Assembly (NCBI GenBank): GCA_964016885.1
Contig: OZ024743.1
Coordinates: forward strand, 158,410,001-158,474,000
Direction of reading: 5' to 3'
Source of the DNA: Eledone cirrhosa
Taxonomy: Eukaryota
Length of the DNA: 64,000 nucleotides
Shown piece after piece: positions 26,061 to 38,225 of the stretch. How positions within the stretch are numbered: position 1 is the stretch's first letter; every line of letters begins with the position of its first letter. The notes beneath the pieces were generated by a model, which saw nothing but the letters and a program-made list of their open reading frames with translations, was not told the DNA's origin and made no database searches. The position numbers and the translations under genes are program-made.

Positions 26061-26426
26061 GAAAAGGAAAATCAGGGTAGAGAGGGAAGTGCTCTCTTCC
26101 CAGCATTTTGTTGAAAGATGGGTGAGAGAAGCAAGTATGGCCCGAATGAATGGGCCTACTCTGAGTATGTGTCTGTAAATTAAAGATGGAAAACTAGGAG
26201 AGGGCACTTGCCCTGGTGGTCAGGGTCACTGTGGCCTTTTAATGGGCTTTCTCCACAAATGTCCCTCGGAAGTCTCCCCCCTATTGGGGAATTTTTCATT
26301 GTTATTTTTTTTATTACATTCTCTGTTTTTTTTTACACACAGAAATGTCCATTTGTACCATCCTGTATTGTCCTGTACTGTCCTTAATGTCTACTTTATG
26401 TAAACCCTTGTGGTTAATAAAGAAAG

Positions 26427-26427
<1 letters not shown>
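26061..26427 (+). mobile_element. Tx1 family B 3' fragment with (ATT)n tail
   Basis: KRKIRVEREVLSSQHFVERWVREASMARMNGPTLSMCL*. Ends CCCTTGTGGTTAATAAAGAAAGC then (ATT)n at 26428-26492. Confidence 0.85.
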
Positions 26428-26492
<65 letters not shown>

Positions 26493-26494
26493 GA

Positions 26495-26720
26495 GGGCGG
26501 TGGATTGGTAATATCGGTGGAGAGTCAGACACCATGCTTTGCAGCATTGAGTTACAGTCCTTTACAGTCTGATTTCAAATCCCACCGAGGTTAACTTTGC
26601 CTTTCATCCTTACGGGGTCGATAAAATAAAGCACCAGTAACGTACTGGGGTTGATTTAATCGACTTCCCCTCCCCCCAAATTACTGGCCTTATGCCTATA
26701 CTAGAAATCATTATTATTAT
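26495..26720 (+). mobile_element. Deu/Nin-like tRNA SINE, full length, (ATT)n tail
   Basis: GGGCGGTGGATTGGTAATATCGG...TTCAAATCCCACCGAGG...GCCTTTCATCCTTACGGGGTCGATAAAATAAAGCACCAG...TAGAAATCATTATTATT. Confidence 0.85.
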
Positions 26721-27169
26721 ATTTATTGATCAAAAATAAAGAAATTACATTTTCTACACTTTACTTAACATTTTGTTGTTCCTTGTTGTATTTGGATTAC
26801 TAGATATCAATCTGTTTCCTGCATCTTTCATATAATTCTTGTTGTGCCAAACAAACAAACCTACAGAATTAAGAAATTCATCTCTATACCCAATATTTTC
26901 AACCAACCATTCACTAAAGTTCCTATTACAATTGGGATGATAACTTTGCAGTGATTTCAGAGTCTGCATTCCGTATTTCAGGTCTTGGTATACATAAAAT
27001 ACCAGTTATGTACTGAGGTCAATATAATTGACTTTTCCATCCACAAAATTGCTGGCCTTGAGCCTAAATTAGAAACTATTAAATTGTCTGAACACAAAAC
27101 TGAACGAAGATTTTGGCAAAAGTACTTTCTAAATAGTTGGTGTCTGTCATTGTTAGTGTAGTTAGAGAT

Positions 27170-27620
27170 GTTCAGACTTGTGCAATCCCTGGTAGATCTA
27201 TTCATGGGATACATTGCATAGCAGGTTGTGAGTAGCCATGATTTGGGCAGGACACTTGTCAACCTATATCAATCCAAAGCTTTTGACAATGTTGACCATC
27301 GCTACCTGAAATACATAGAGTATAGTTTTGACCAGACTTCCCTGTAAATTAAGAACTGGGAGGAATCATGAACAAGGTAGCCAGTCTCACTCAGAAATGG
27401 GTGGACAGAAACCTACCTTTGAAAGGTCAAGCTGAAGTGTCCAACACTTACATTGCCTCAGTGGTATACTACTACTTGACCATCATACTATACCCCCACC
27501 CCACCACACCACACAAAAAATAAAAAGAAACTTTCTGATAAGACTGGAACACATGTTCTTTCACTTTTTGTGGAAGAGATAAGTCCTGCTAGTCAAAAAA
27601 ATCTCTCAATTACCAACACT
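27170..27620 (+). mobile_element. Old, heavily deleted Tx1 ORF2 remnant
   Basis: LVNLYQSKAFDNVDHRYL and LTQKWVDRNLPLKGQAEVSNTYIASVVYYYLT, matching the array ORF2. Confidence 0.75.
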
Positions 27621-29217
27621 CATTCCATGTTGGATGTTGAAAATTGGATAATGAAGTCCTAGATTCATGGGGGCTAAACTTAATTCAGTACCTGGTTTAT
27701 CATCACCCGCTTTCCCTTGGGTATTGTGTAACTTTAACAAAGTTCTCTCTGTTTTAAGCAATCAGGCAAGGTATCCTATTGGAGGGTACCCTCCTCTTTC
27801 TCTCCCACCAGTCTCTGAGGCTCTGAAAAGGGTCATGGACACTGCACTTCTCTTCCTGACTGAACAGTAAAAAAAAAGCGATGCTTTATGTCTGAAAAGA
27901 TTATAATCACGTGATAATCATAACTGTAACACATTTGATCACATGCCAACTCAATAAGAGCTGACTTGCATCTGAACAACATCAATAACAACAAACATCA
28001 ATTACAACAACAATAACAATAACAAAAACAACAGCAACAATAACAACCAATTGTTCCAACAATATAGCAAATGTTCAATTTTACATAAACATATATTTTC
28101 TTTATCTTTCTTAAGCAAACTATTTATCATTGAATAAACTTCTTTTCTCTCTTAATTCCTGCTTTGTCTAGTCTATTATAGAAAATGACATAATCCATTT
28201 AGATTAAGATTTCTTATAATAACTTGATCTGCTCATTTCCCCTCCAATTATATCAGAATTATCTTATTACTCACTCTATGTCTTCACACATCTGTCATGA
28301 ATTCAATTGCTGCATTATGTTTGTTCAAGCTTTTAGCATAGCAGTCTGGTAATTCTGTGTGTTCAACTTGAAAATATTTATGAGTAAGTTTTTACATAAG
28401 TTCTCTTAATGTCCGTGAAACATATACATACACACAAGGTCTGAACGCAAAAGAACCAAACTCCCACTGTCACTGCCTCCATCTCTCCAGCTCTCCCCAT
28501 CTCTCACTATTATGAGCAAATGAGGGCCCATGTGCTGGCTGCCTTGCGGCCCCACCAGACAGAATAGAGAAGGTGTTTCCCCGGAGGATGGTGAGGAAGA
28601 TGCGCTAGTTATTAGGCTTGCATTATGACCAAGGGCTTCCAGGTTTGATTCCATTGCATGACACTTTGGATAAGCATTTTCTACCATAACTTTGAATTGA
28701 CCAATGAAACTCTTTGGCAATTTGCTAGTGAGTTAGGCAGAATTTACCTCAGAATGCAATGTCGGAACAGATACCACAAGGCATCTTGTCCAACACTCTA
28801 ACAATTCTACCAATCTACCACCCTGGACATATTTTATTTATTGACCTTGGAAGCATGAAAGGTGAAGTTGATATCAGCTCACCTGGGACTAATTGACAAC
28901 TACAGCACCTCTGTCAAGGAGACTACAAATATTTCTAATCTAATTCCTCCTATTTATCTTTAATCAATCCATTTATATTTTTTCAGGTAATTTCTATATG
29001 AACTTTCAGACAAATAATTTTGTTTTTACTATGTTAATTAGAGTTACATATGTGACAGTCATTATAAGAGCATCTGATACAATGCCTTGCAGTATTTGAT
29101 CTGGTTCTCTTCACATTGAGTTCAATTCCTTCCAAAGTCAACTTTGCTTTACATCCATTTGGTACCTAACAGAGCAGTGGATTGATGGAATTGCTGTATA
29201 TGATACTTTGCTGAATA

Positions 29218-30423
29218 TGAGGTTTGTCCTAAAACTATGGGTACTGATTTTCTAATGTACAACATGGTAACGCAGCACCTCATTGATGTATATAGGTGTG
29301 TTGGTTATGACCTTGGTTGTATGAACATTCTTGCTTCAACATGATCGATTGAGTCAGTCATGAGTTATTGCTGTTTATGTACAGACATGCAGGAAAATAT
29401 CGAACAACGGTACATGATCAAATTTTGTGTGAAAATCAACAAATCTGCCACTGAAATATTTAATTCTTCAACACAAGCTTATGGAAATGCCACTCTATCA
29501 AGAAGTAAGGTTTCAAAGAGGGCCAAGAAAATACTGAAGATGAACTTCATTCTGGAATGTCAATTTCAACAACAAATGAACAAAATGTGGTGTGAGCAAT
29601 GATGGAAAAAGATCACCAATTAAGTGTTGGGATGATTGCAGAAAAAACAGGCTTGGATAGAAATGCAGTCCATAGAATTTTAACTGACCATTTGTATATG
29701 CCAAAAAATTATGTAAAACTAGTGCCTGTAGAGCAAAAAGCAAACAGGTCAGAAATTTATCAGAATTTATCAGAATTTACTAGAAAGACTCAACATTTCT
29801 TGGATAGAATAATAACAGGGGATGGATCATGGGTGTTCGAGTTTGAGCCAGAGACAAAATGGCAAAGTGAGGAGTGACATACGAAAAATTCTCCTTGTCC
29901 TAAGAAAGCATTTTTTTTAGCAACCGTGGTATTGTTCACAAAGAATTTTTCCTTCCAGGACAGACAGTTAATTGTACCTTCTACAAAAATGTCTTGGAAC
30001 AACTTTGAAAACGAATCTAGTGAGTCCAAAAGGTCATTGCAGGAGATTGGGTACTGCACCACAGTAATGCGCTTTCTCACACAGAACTTTCAATTGGAGA
30101 ATTTCTAGTGAAGAATATTCCCACTTTTCCACATCCCCCCTACACCCCAGATATAGCTCAATATGATATCAACCTCTTCCCTAAGTTGAAGTTGAAGGGA
30201 GTGTAGAAAACATACATTGTGGGACTGTAGAAAACATACAAAACATTGTAACCAATGAGGTCGAACTCTCACAGAAAAGCACTTCCGGTACTGCTACAAT
30301 CAATGAAAAAAACGTTGGAACCACTGTGTGACTTCCCAAGGGTCATATTTTGAAGGAGACAACTTGTAATTTCATGTACATCTAATAAAACATAAATACC
30401 CTTTACTTTTGGGACAAACCTCA
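29218..30423 (+). mobile_element. Decayed mariner (Tc1/mariner) DNA transposon with both TIRs and TA TSD
   Basis: TA-TGAGGTTTGTCCTAAAACTATGGGTA ... TACCCTTTACTTTTGGGACAAACCTCA-TA. Transposase fragments EQRYMIKFCVK, FLDRIITGDGSWVFEFEPETKWQS and HPPYTPDIAQYD. Confidence 0.92.
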
Positions 30424-31189
30424 TATGCTCCAGCTCTTTGTGTTCCAAGTTTAAATTCCACCCTCTATAACTGGCACCCTCTATAACTGGCAAAATGGAA
30501 CCTTCTAAATCCAGCTAACAAACTCATCAAATGGAACATTGAATTGGTGAGAGCAACATCTTGACTGAATTGATTAAAAAAAAAAGCAGAGCTAACACTG
30601 AAATGGGATAAATGGCATGACAGAAAGAGGTGCTTTACATATCTGGTAGATGTTACTGAAGGTTGATGAACCCGCAAAGGCTCCTTTACATGGTCACTTA
30701 AAATGCTAGAAATAGTATCTAAATCTCCCTTAAACAACACTCGGACTTTATTTTTTTTAAATTACACCATATATAATACAGTCTTGGGTACACTATTCCT
30801 GTAAAAAATAGTTAGTCATTCCTTTAATCATAAGTCTGTTTAATCATGGGTTGGGAGCTAAACAACAACAGCAACAGAATAATAATGATTATATAAACAG
30901 AAGAGATTAAACTGAAAGACAACAAATTTTTTTTAAAGATTTTAAAACTTAGTTACTTCACTATTTCGGTTTTATTAACCATGTAATGAAACGAAAAGAA
31001 TTTGAATGAAATGTTTAATATAAAACCATTAAAAGTCACAAAAATGTACATTAAAATTATTTTTGCATTCAAGGATACATTTATTTTCTTCAGTTTTCAT
31101 TCATTTCATTCATTCTTTTTCAAATTTCAATAATAATGCTTCAAGTAAACTGCAATATTTTATTTTTAGCATGAGCAAAACATTCCTAT

Positions 31190-31290
31190 AATTATTTCTA
31201 CTTTTGGCACAAGGCCAGCAATTATCCAGAGTATTACTGGTACTTTATTTTATTGACCCCGTAAGGATGAAAGGCAAAGTTAACCTCGGA
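31190..31290 (-). mobile_element. 5'-truncated Deu/Nin-like SINE
   Basis: Matches the 3' half of the 578-763 SINE. Further decayed copies near 28730-28880, 31480-31710, 35625-35790, 43955-44130, 44620-44760 and 50460-50625. Confidence 0.75.
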
Positions 31291-32781
31291 TATATCTTGT
31301 ATGTTTTTTTCTTTTTACTGTTTAGTTAAGAAGTGCCTTTATAACTAGTGGAATGGAGGAAAATAAGAAAGAAGGAGTCCAGCTTGGTCCAAATGCTTGT
31401 AATAGAGTAGACTCAACTAAAGGCCACCAAGGGTTAGGTGACAGCTTGGTTTTAAATGGATTAAATCTATGACTCAAGTAGGCCACACAGAGATTTGAAC
31501 TCAAAGTACAAAGAGCCAAAATAAATACCACAAGGCATCACATCTGTTGCTCTAACAATTCCAATATGCCAACACCCTAGACTAGTACCTTATTTTATCA
31601 ACTTCAGAAGGATGAAAGGCTTAGTTGACCTTGGTGGGATTTGAATTTAGAGAACAGAGAGCCAAAACAAATATTGCAAATCATTTTGTTTCATACTCTG
31701 ATAACTCTGTACTGAAATTATATGTATCATGGATGTCTTTTTCTATCTTAGAGATCTCATTGTATTTCAGAAGATGTTTCAAGGAATGTTAGATGTGTTC
31801 TCAACATATATTTTCATTCTGAGTCGAGAACATCATCATTACTACTGCCACCATCAAGCTGTACTACTATCACTCCTAGCCAAACAATTATAAATTCAGT
31901 TTCTCAAATATATAGACAGATTTCAAATGTTTTTATTTGTAGTATCTTCCAAATTACAAAGAAATATTTTAATAGACTGTTTATCACAGTTAAGTCCAAC
32001 ACGAAATAAGGATAAACAACATGACATTTGAAAAAAATACATACACATATGTATGTCATCATCATACATACATACATACATACATACATACATACATAAC
32101 ATATTCCAGAGAAAGTTTAAAGTTAATAATATTAAATTACCCCATTGAAAGTTATTACAGTATATTTTTAAAATCATAATCATAAATAAACAAAAACAAA
32201 AGAAAGAAACTACGTTCTTCAGTAAGTTATGTGATATATTGCCTTCCAAAGTGAAGAAATAATTTAATGAAATGGAGTGAGATGACTTTGTTCAAGTTGA
32301 AATGGAGAATCATGCTAATAGAGTGGTGAAATTGTTGAATGCTTTACTAAAAGTTTACTGATTCAAATTCTACCTCATGTAATTCCTTGTCCTAGGAAAG
32401 ATCAACTACTTTTTCTTATTTTGACAAATCATTGAATATCAGAATTTCTTAATTTTGCATCTGTATTTCCCTCCTTTACCTGTTCACCATCCTGATTTCC
32501 AGCTCCACATACAAATGATAAGATAAAAAGTAGTCTTATGAGTGGTGTAGATAGAGTTTGTGCTGCTGGGGCAACCCTTGATTTTGACCCTGCACCACTC
32601 CCCAAAAAAGAAATTATAACACAATACACATAAAAAAATAAGGTATTACCTAAGGCAGATTGGCTTCCCTTTCCTTAACTATGGTAGTGAATTATATAGA
32701 GTACAATTTATTGCTTAATATAAACACCTTTATATTGATTTAAAATTTATAATCAGGAACTGTCCTCTCTCACCAGGTTAA

Positions 32782-32986
32782 CCCTTTAGCATTTACATTA
32801 CTCTATATTTACTATTATATTTTCACGGTAAAGGTTTTGCCTCACATAATATCAAATCTATGAGATTTTGATATTATTTATTTTGAGAATACCTTAACAT
32901 CAGTATGAGTGGCTAGTTACAGCCAGTTTGAACAGAAAGAGGTGAGAGAATTCTGGCCGGATACAGCCGCTTTAAATGCTAAAGGG
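32782..32986. mobile_element. piggyBac-type MITE
   Basis: TTAA-CCCTTTAGCATTTA ... TAAATGCTAAAGGG-TTAA. Second copy at 38016-38225. Confidence 0.9.
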
Positions 32987-33631
32987 TTAAATACAATGAA
33001 TTGCTATCTTGGTCTGTCTTGTACTGTCCTTACACATTCTCTATATTTCAATACTATCCAATTCTTGATATTATACATCCACATAATTCTTGATTTTCCC
33101 CTTCCTCTTTTCCGATTTATTTTGCCTTCTATAAACAGTCTCAGTTCCCGTAAAATAATTTTATTATTAAGCATCCAAAATATTTTATTGTTATACCAAA
33201 GCTGGTCATGCTACCAATAAAGACGCTCACACAATAGAGTTTCACTACAATATTTATTATTAAAAAAAGAGAAAAGAACAAATGATAGAGTAACTGGAGT
33301 AAAATAACATTCAGTCTGCCAATTTTCCAGGCTTTGTATATTGGTCAACTGACTTCTATAGTATTCTCATCTTCTCCAAGGCATTTGAAGAATGTCTCCC
33401 AGGACCATGAAACATATGCATAAAAAGGTGCTTTTAATATAAAAGAAAAATAAACAACAAATTAGCTATGCCTAGAGATAAATCTATTAACAATGAAAAT
33501 AATTTTGAAAGTTTAAGTGGGAGCCTAATGTAATCAGAGACTGTAATCAGACTGAAATCTTACGAAGTCTATTAGTTCTGTATCAGGATGACTGTGGTTA
33601 TTTTAAGTTTGGATTTTTAATTATATATATG

Positions 33632-34020
33632 AAGGCTCATGGCTTAGTGGTTAGAGCATTGGGCTTACAATCGAAAGGTTGTGAGTTCAATTCTTGGACT
33701 GGGTGATGTGTTGTTTCCTGGAGTAAGACACTTTATTTCACATTGCTCCAGTTTACTCAGCTGTAGAAATGACATGATAGGACTGAGGTCCCTATCATTC
33801 CACTGCAAAGTGGTCGTGGAGGTGCCATGGCAAAAAAAGCACCCAGCACTCACTGTAAATGGGGTTGGTGTTAGGAAGGGCATCCAGCTGTAGAAATCAA
33901 GCCAGAATTAGTTCCCGTATGAGCAAGACATGGTCAGCCGACTGGACACTGCCCACAACAGGACAACCCATCTAACCCATGCTAGCGTGGAAGAACGGAC
34001 GTAAAACGGTGATGATGATG
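33632..34020 (+). mobile_element. Full-length tRNA-derived SINE with RTE-like (TGA)n tail
   Basis: A box TGGCTTAGTGG, B box GAGTTCAATTC, core GAGTAAGACACTT and GGAAGGGCATCCAGCTGTAGAAA, tail AACCCATGCTAGCGTGGAAGAACGGACGTAAAACGGTGATGATGATG. Confidence 0.85.
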
Positions 34021-34246
34021 ATATATATATATATTATTTTTATATAAGTAAAATGTTAAAAACTTTAATAGAAATGTTTGTTTGTGGTGCATGTTGCATT
34101 TCTATGTAGGTGATGTGTTTTGTGATTGGTGCTGTTTTGTGAGATATTTGGTGTGCCTCTGGTAGTTTATTGTATTTTGATATAGTTTTGTAGGGTGTAT
34201 GAGATACATGTTTACATGATTCTTATATAATCTTATTTTATTGCAG

Positions 34247-34408
34247 GAGTTGATAAAGACCAAAGAACAACTGTCACATTCAGTAACCAGCCAAAAAGAA
34301 GAACTCTTCAGTTGGAAGAATACTTGTGAACGACTTACCGGAGCCTTGAATCGAAAAGAAGATGAAATTCAAACTTTGACGGACCGATGCAGAGAGCTGG
34401 ATGAAAAG
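34247..34408 (+). CDS. Internal exon of a host coiled-coil protein gene (162 nt, phase 0-0)
   Basis: Acceptor tcttattttattgcAG and donor AAG|GTAAAC enclose 54 open codons, ELIKTKEQLSHSVTSQKEELFSWKNTCERLTGALNRKEDEIQTLTDRCRELDEK, with heptad-like composition. Confidence 0.8.
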
Positions 34409-34505
34409 GTAAACTCATATAATAATATTCTACAACCTTATAAACTGGTATTGTATTCTTTATTAAAGTTTCTAATTTTTTTGTCCTTACACAGAAATAC
34501 ATTCT

Positions 34506-34570
<65 letters not shown>

Positions 34571-36251
34571 GTATGAACCCGACTCCACTATCAATCTGCT
34601 TTTCAGACTGGCGATGTGACAAAAAAATATATATATATGTATACATATATGTGTGTGTACATATATAAATATATATGTATTGGAGGTGTATGTATATCCT
34701 TTTCATCCTCATCATTTTACATGCTGGCATGAGTTGGTTGGGTTGTCATAATCTGAGACGAGATGGCTCGTAGCAAACTCATCTTGCTCATATGTTTCAT
34801 ATTTGGCATAGTTTCTATATGCCAAGATATACATATATTCAATGACCCCTTCAGTTCTGGCTGATCATGGGTTTTATTTATATATATATATAATTTTTGG
34901 GGTCTTGTCAAAGCTGTAATGAAATTGTTCAAATCACAGTAGCTGGTAGCTGTTCATGAGTTCTTATGTTAACAAAATAACAGAACTGGGAAACAGAACA
35001 ATTTCTTCAGAATGGGACATCCCATCATCCACTCATGCTGTTCGTCCCACTTTGGTTTTGATTTTCAGTTCAAGCTTTAGCTTCTATCTTCCGAGAATGA
35101 TAACATTCTTCTTCTTTTCAAAGCTTCTTGTTGCATAGTGTCATGAAAGTAAAGAGAAAACTGAGCTAACTGACACTTTTGCCATCATGTGGGTGAATAA
35201 AAACATGAAAAATGTTACTGGGTTATAATTTTTTTTAATGAATCAAAGCTTTATTCAAACAAAAAATTTAGGTTTACTAAAGTTTACTTTTTAAATGTAA
35301 CTTTTGAAAAATAATTCAAAAAATTTCATATTAAATTTTAAAGCATTGGAATGAATAAATGGATGAAACTTTACATTTTTAATCACAAAAAATAAACTTT
35401 GATGGTGGCTCCATTTCGCTCCAAGTGTGAACTGGTCAAGAAGAAAATTCTGGGTAGTGGTCACATGAGTGAATCCGGGTCTTGAGTATCAAATAATCTT
35501 ACAAAATAAACCAGAATCATCAATAAAACAAACGTGCAAATTGATAAATACCCATTTTTTGTCTAAATTTGTCCGAAAGCTTTAAGTCCTTTGAATATGC
35601 AAGTCTTTAATATTATATATGTTGGGGGATTGACAGTATCGGTAGAGCATCAGACAACATGCTTTGCAGCACATAGTTACAACCCTTTATATTCTGAGTT
35701 CAACTACTGCTGAGCTCAACTTTGCCTTTCATCATTACAAGGATCAATTAAATAAAGTACCAGTCAAGTATTGGGGACAATATAATCAACTTTGAGAACA
35801 CAGAGTAGCGCCTTGTGTTTTCTATTACTTGCACAACCGAAACACTTAGGGGCGTCCCACTTAGGGGCGTCCCATTGGATGACTGACATACATATATACA
35901 TTTGATCTCAACCACACAGGGAATTAAAACAGCAGCGCTTCAGGAGAGACTATGTTGAGAGTGTGCCTGCTGGCTTAATACAGTTGGAAAGCATCCAACA
36001 AAAAGGTTGCTTTTGTTTTCTCTTTTTTTTCATGTTCTCTTCTCCAGAGAGAAAAAAGTAACACCAGTACTTACTACAACAGGAAGGGAAGCAGAGACAA
36101 TTTTGCTTTGCTCCCTTTAACTTCACTCCCACTCATTTGTTTTCTTCTTTCACATTCCCTGCTCAAGGGGAATAGAAAATGAAAGCAATTTATTCGCTGC
36201 TTTTTATTCTTTTCTCACTAAGCAAAAAGGAGCTTTCTCTACTTAAATAAT

Positions 36252-36340
36252 TTCTACTTTATCTCTGTGCATTACTGGTACTTTATTTTATCAACTTCGT
36301 AAGGATGAAAGGCAAAGTTAACCTCGGCGGGATTTGAACT
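36252..36340 (-). mobile_element. Truncated Deu/Nin-like SINE with 15-bp TSD
   Basis: Core ACTGGTACTTTATTTTATC...GGATTTGAACT flanked by CTCTACTTAAATAAT / ACTCTACTTAAATAAT. Confidence 0.8.
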
Positions 36341-36609
36341 CTACTTAAATAATATCACTTGTTTACAATTTATCCTAAGAAATTAAGGAATTAAAAATCT
36401 CATTGAAGCATAGCTTGAATGAGATTTGTATGTAGTCCCCCCTTCCTGAAGTCAACTTTTACTTGTTTTTAAGTAAGGTACTTATTTTTTACTGATCATG
36501 GGATGCTGAACAGCCAGGCTGTAGCATATATTGTTTCTGTAGAACAGAAATAAACATCACCAGCTGCTCAGTGTCAATATGAAGATACACACAGAAACAA
36601 AGGCATACG

Positions 36610-36688
<79 letters not shown>

Positions 36689-37689
36689 GATGGACTTTTA
36701 CAGTTTTAGTCTACAAAATTTCATTCACAAGGCATTGCTACATTTTAATCTATGCTGCTGGAAAGAAAATAGAGTATCTCATATCTATATTGATTTATTT
36801 TATTAGAGTCAAAAGATTTGGGAGTGAGTGAGGAGGGAGCTGGGTGTGGCAGGTGTGATAGTGGTTATTGGTGAGGGAGGTGAAGGAGCTTTTTCACATG
36901 TGATGATATAATTGAGTGAATCATTACAAATATATTATTATGTATTCATTGACACCATGACACAAAGAAAGAGTAGGCATAGATGACTTTGGTTGGGATT
37001 TGAACTTGGAACTGGGAGAGACCAAAGCGAACTATCTCTTTTGAATGGTGACATAAGTTGTGCTTTACTTATTTTGGTTATTTGTTATCTCATTCTTGAG
37101 ACCCAATATTCTGTGGTCTTACTCTACCTCTTCTTGCGAGGACTTCGAAGCTCGGCTTTTTCCACATACATACTCCTCAAGACAACAAGGGAGTCTGTGT
37201 GGTTCCTCGACCTACCAGAAATAGCAGCTGAATTTCTTTTAAATCTCATCCTACTGATAAAAAATGGAGACGTATATGAAAAAGAGAGGGTGGTTACTGC
37301 AGGAATACTTTTGATCATAGGCCTAACAAGAACCAATAGCAGTTATTGTCCACTTACACATATCCTTAGCATGTAGTATTCTCCCAAATACCTCCTTATT
37401 ACCCAGCTTCTCTCTTTCTGTTTACCTCTATGCTACCTTTTGTGTTGGTTAATATTACACATCCAACAGTTGACACTTGATTTATTTCTCTCCAGCATTC
37501 ACAAACCTTCCACAATTAGTGTAATAATACTTTTTACACATATTGCATACTGAGAGAAAAAGCTTTTGTTACTAACAGAGGCAACAGTTCTTTTAATGTT
37601 TTTCTACCCTTTCTTTACTATGGCAAACATGCTTTTGCTACAATCTGGTTCACATAGCTATCAGCTACATCTTCTGCATAATCGGATGA

Positions 37690-37870
37690 GCCAACAAAGG
37701 AGTCTGCACAACTGCTTGATTTAATAGAAATAGCAGCCAATTTTGCCACAAACCACTACCCACCATCTTAGAAAAGAATGCATTGGATAATATTGGTCCT
37801 ACGCTCCATGTAATTAGGAAAAAAGACAGGATGTCTTTGATCATATGTCTATTTGATCAGAACTGAATCA
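37690..37870 (+). repeat. Old dispersed repeat family (SINE-like, TAGAAATAGCAGCCAAAT motif)
   Basis: Related degenerate copies near 4780-4960, 6290-6490, 7290-7460, 30680-30875, 37190-37335, 38660-38800 and 50090-50285. Several end in CAA-rich tails. Confidence 0.55.
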
Positions 37871-38015
37871 TCAGAGAAATTAATAAAGGAACTCTCTACA
37901 TATTCATTTACTCTGATAGAAATAATAATGTTCGGAGAGTTTGAACAATCATTTGAATCATCCACAAAGACCATGACTTCAGCAGTGCTTCAATAAATTA
38001 ACAGGCTACAATTAA

Positions 38016-38225
38016 CCCTTTAGCATTCACATTATTATATATATACTATTATATTTTCATGGTAAAGGCTTTACCTCACATAATTATCTCACATAATATC
38101 GAATCTATGAGATTTTGAAAGTATTTATTTTGAGAACAATACCTTAACATCAGTTTGAGCGACCAGTTTCAACAGAAAGAGGTAAAGAATTCTGGCCGGT
38201 TTTGGCCAGTTTGAACACTAAAGGG
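38016..38225. mobile_element. piggyBac-type MITE, second copy
   Basis: TTAA-CCCTTTAGCATTCA ... TGAACACTAAAGGG-TTAA. Interior matches 32782-32986. Confidence 0.88.

Noticed and set aside
33632-33720. tRNA gene
   Set aside because: A and B boxes are present but there is no intact cloverleaf; it continues into a SINE core and tail.
35843-35875. 15-16-bp tandem duplications (also 30460-30493)
   Set aside because: Simple local slippage duplications with no further structure.
37861-37996. Possible terminal exon (TESSEKLIKEL...)
   Set aside because: Weak acceptor overlapping a dispersed repeat and no recognisable protein signal.
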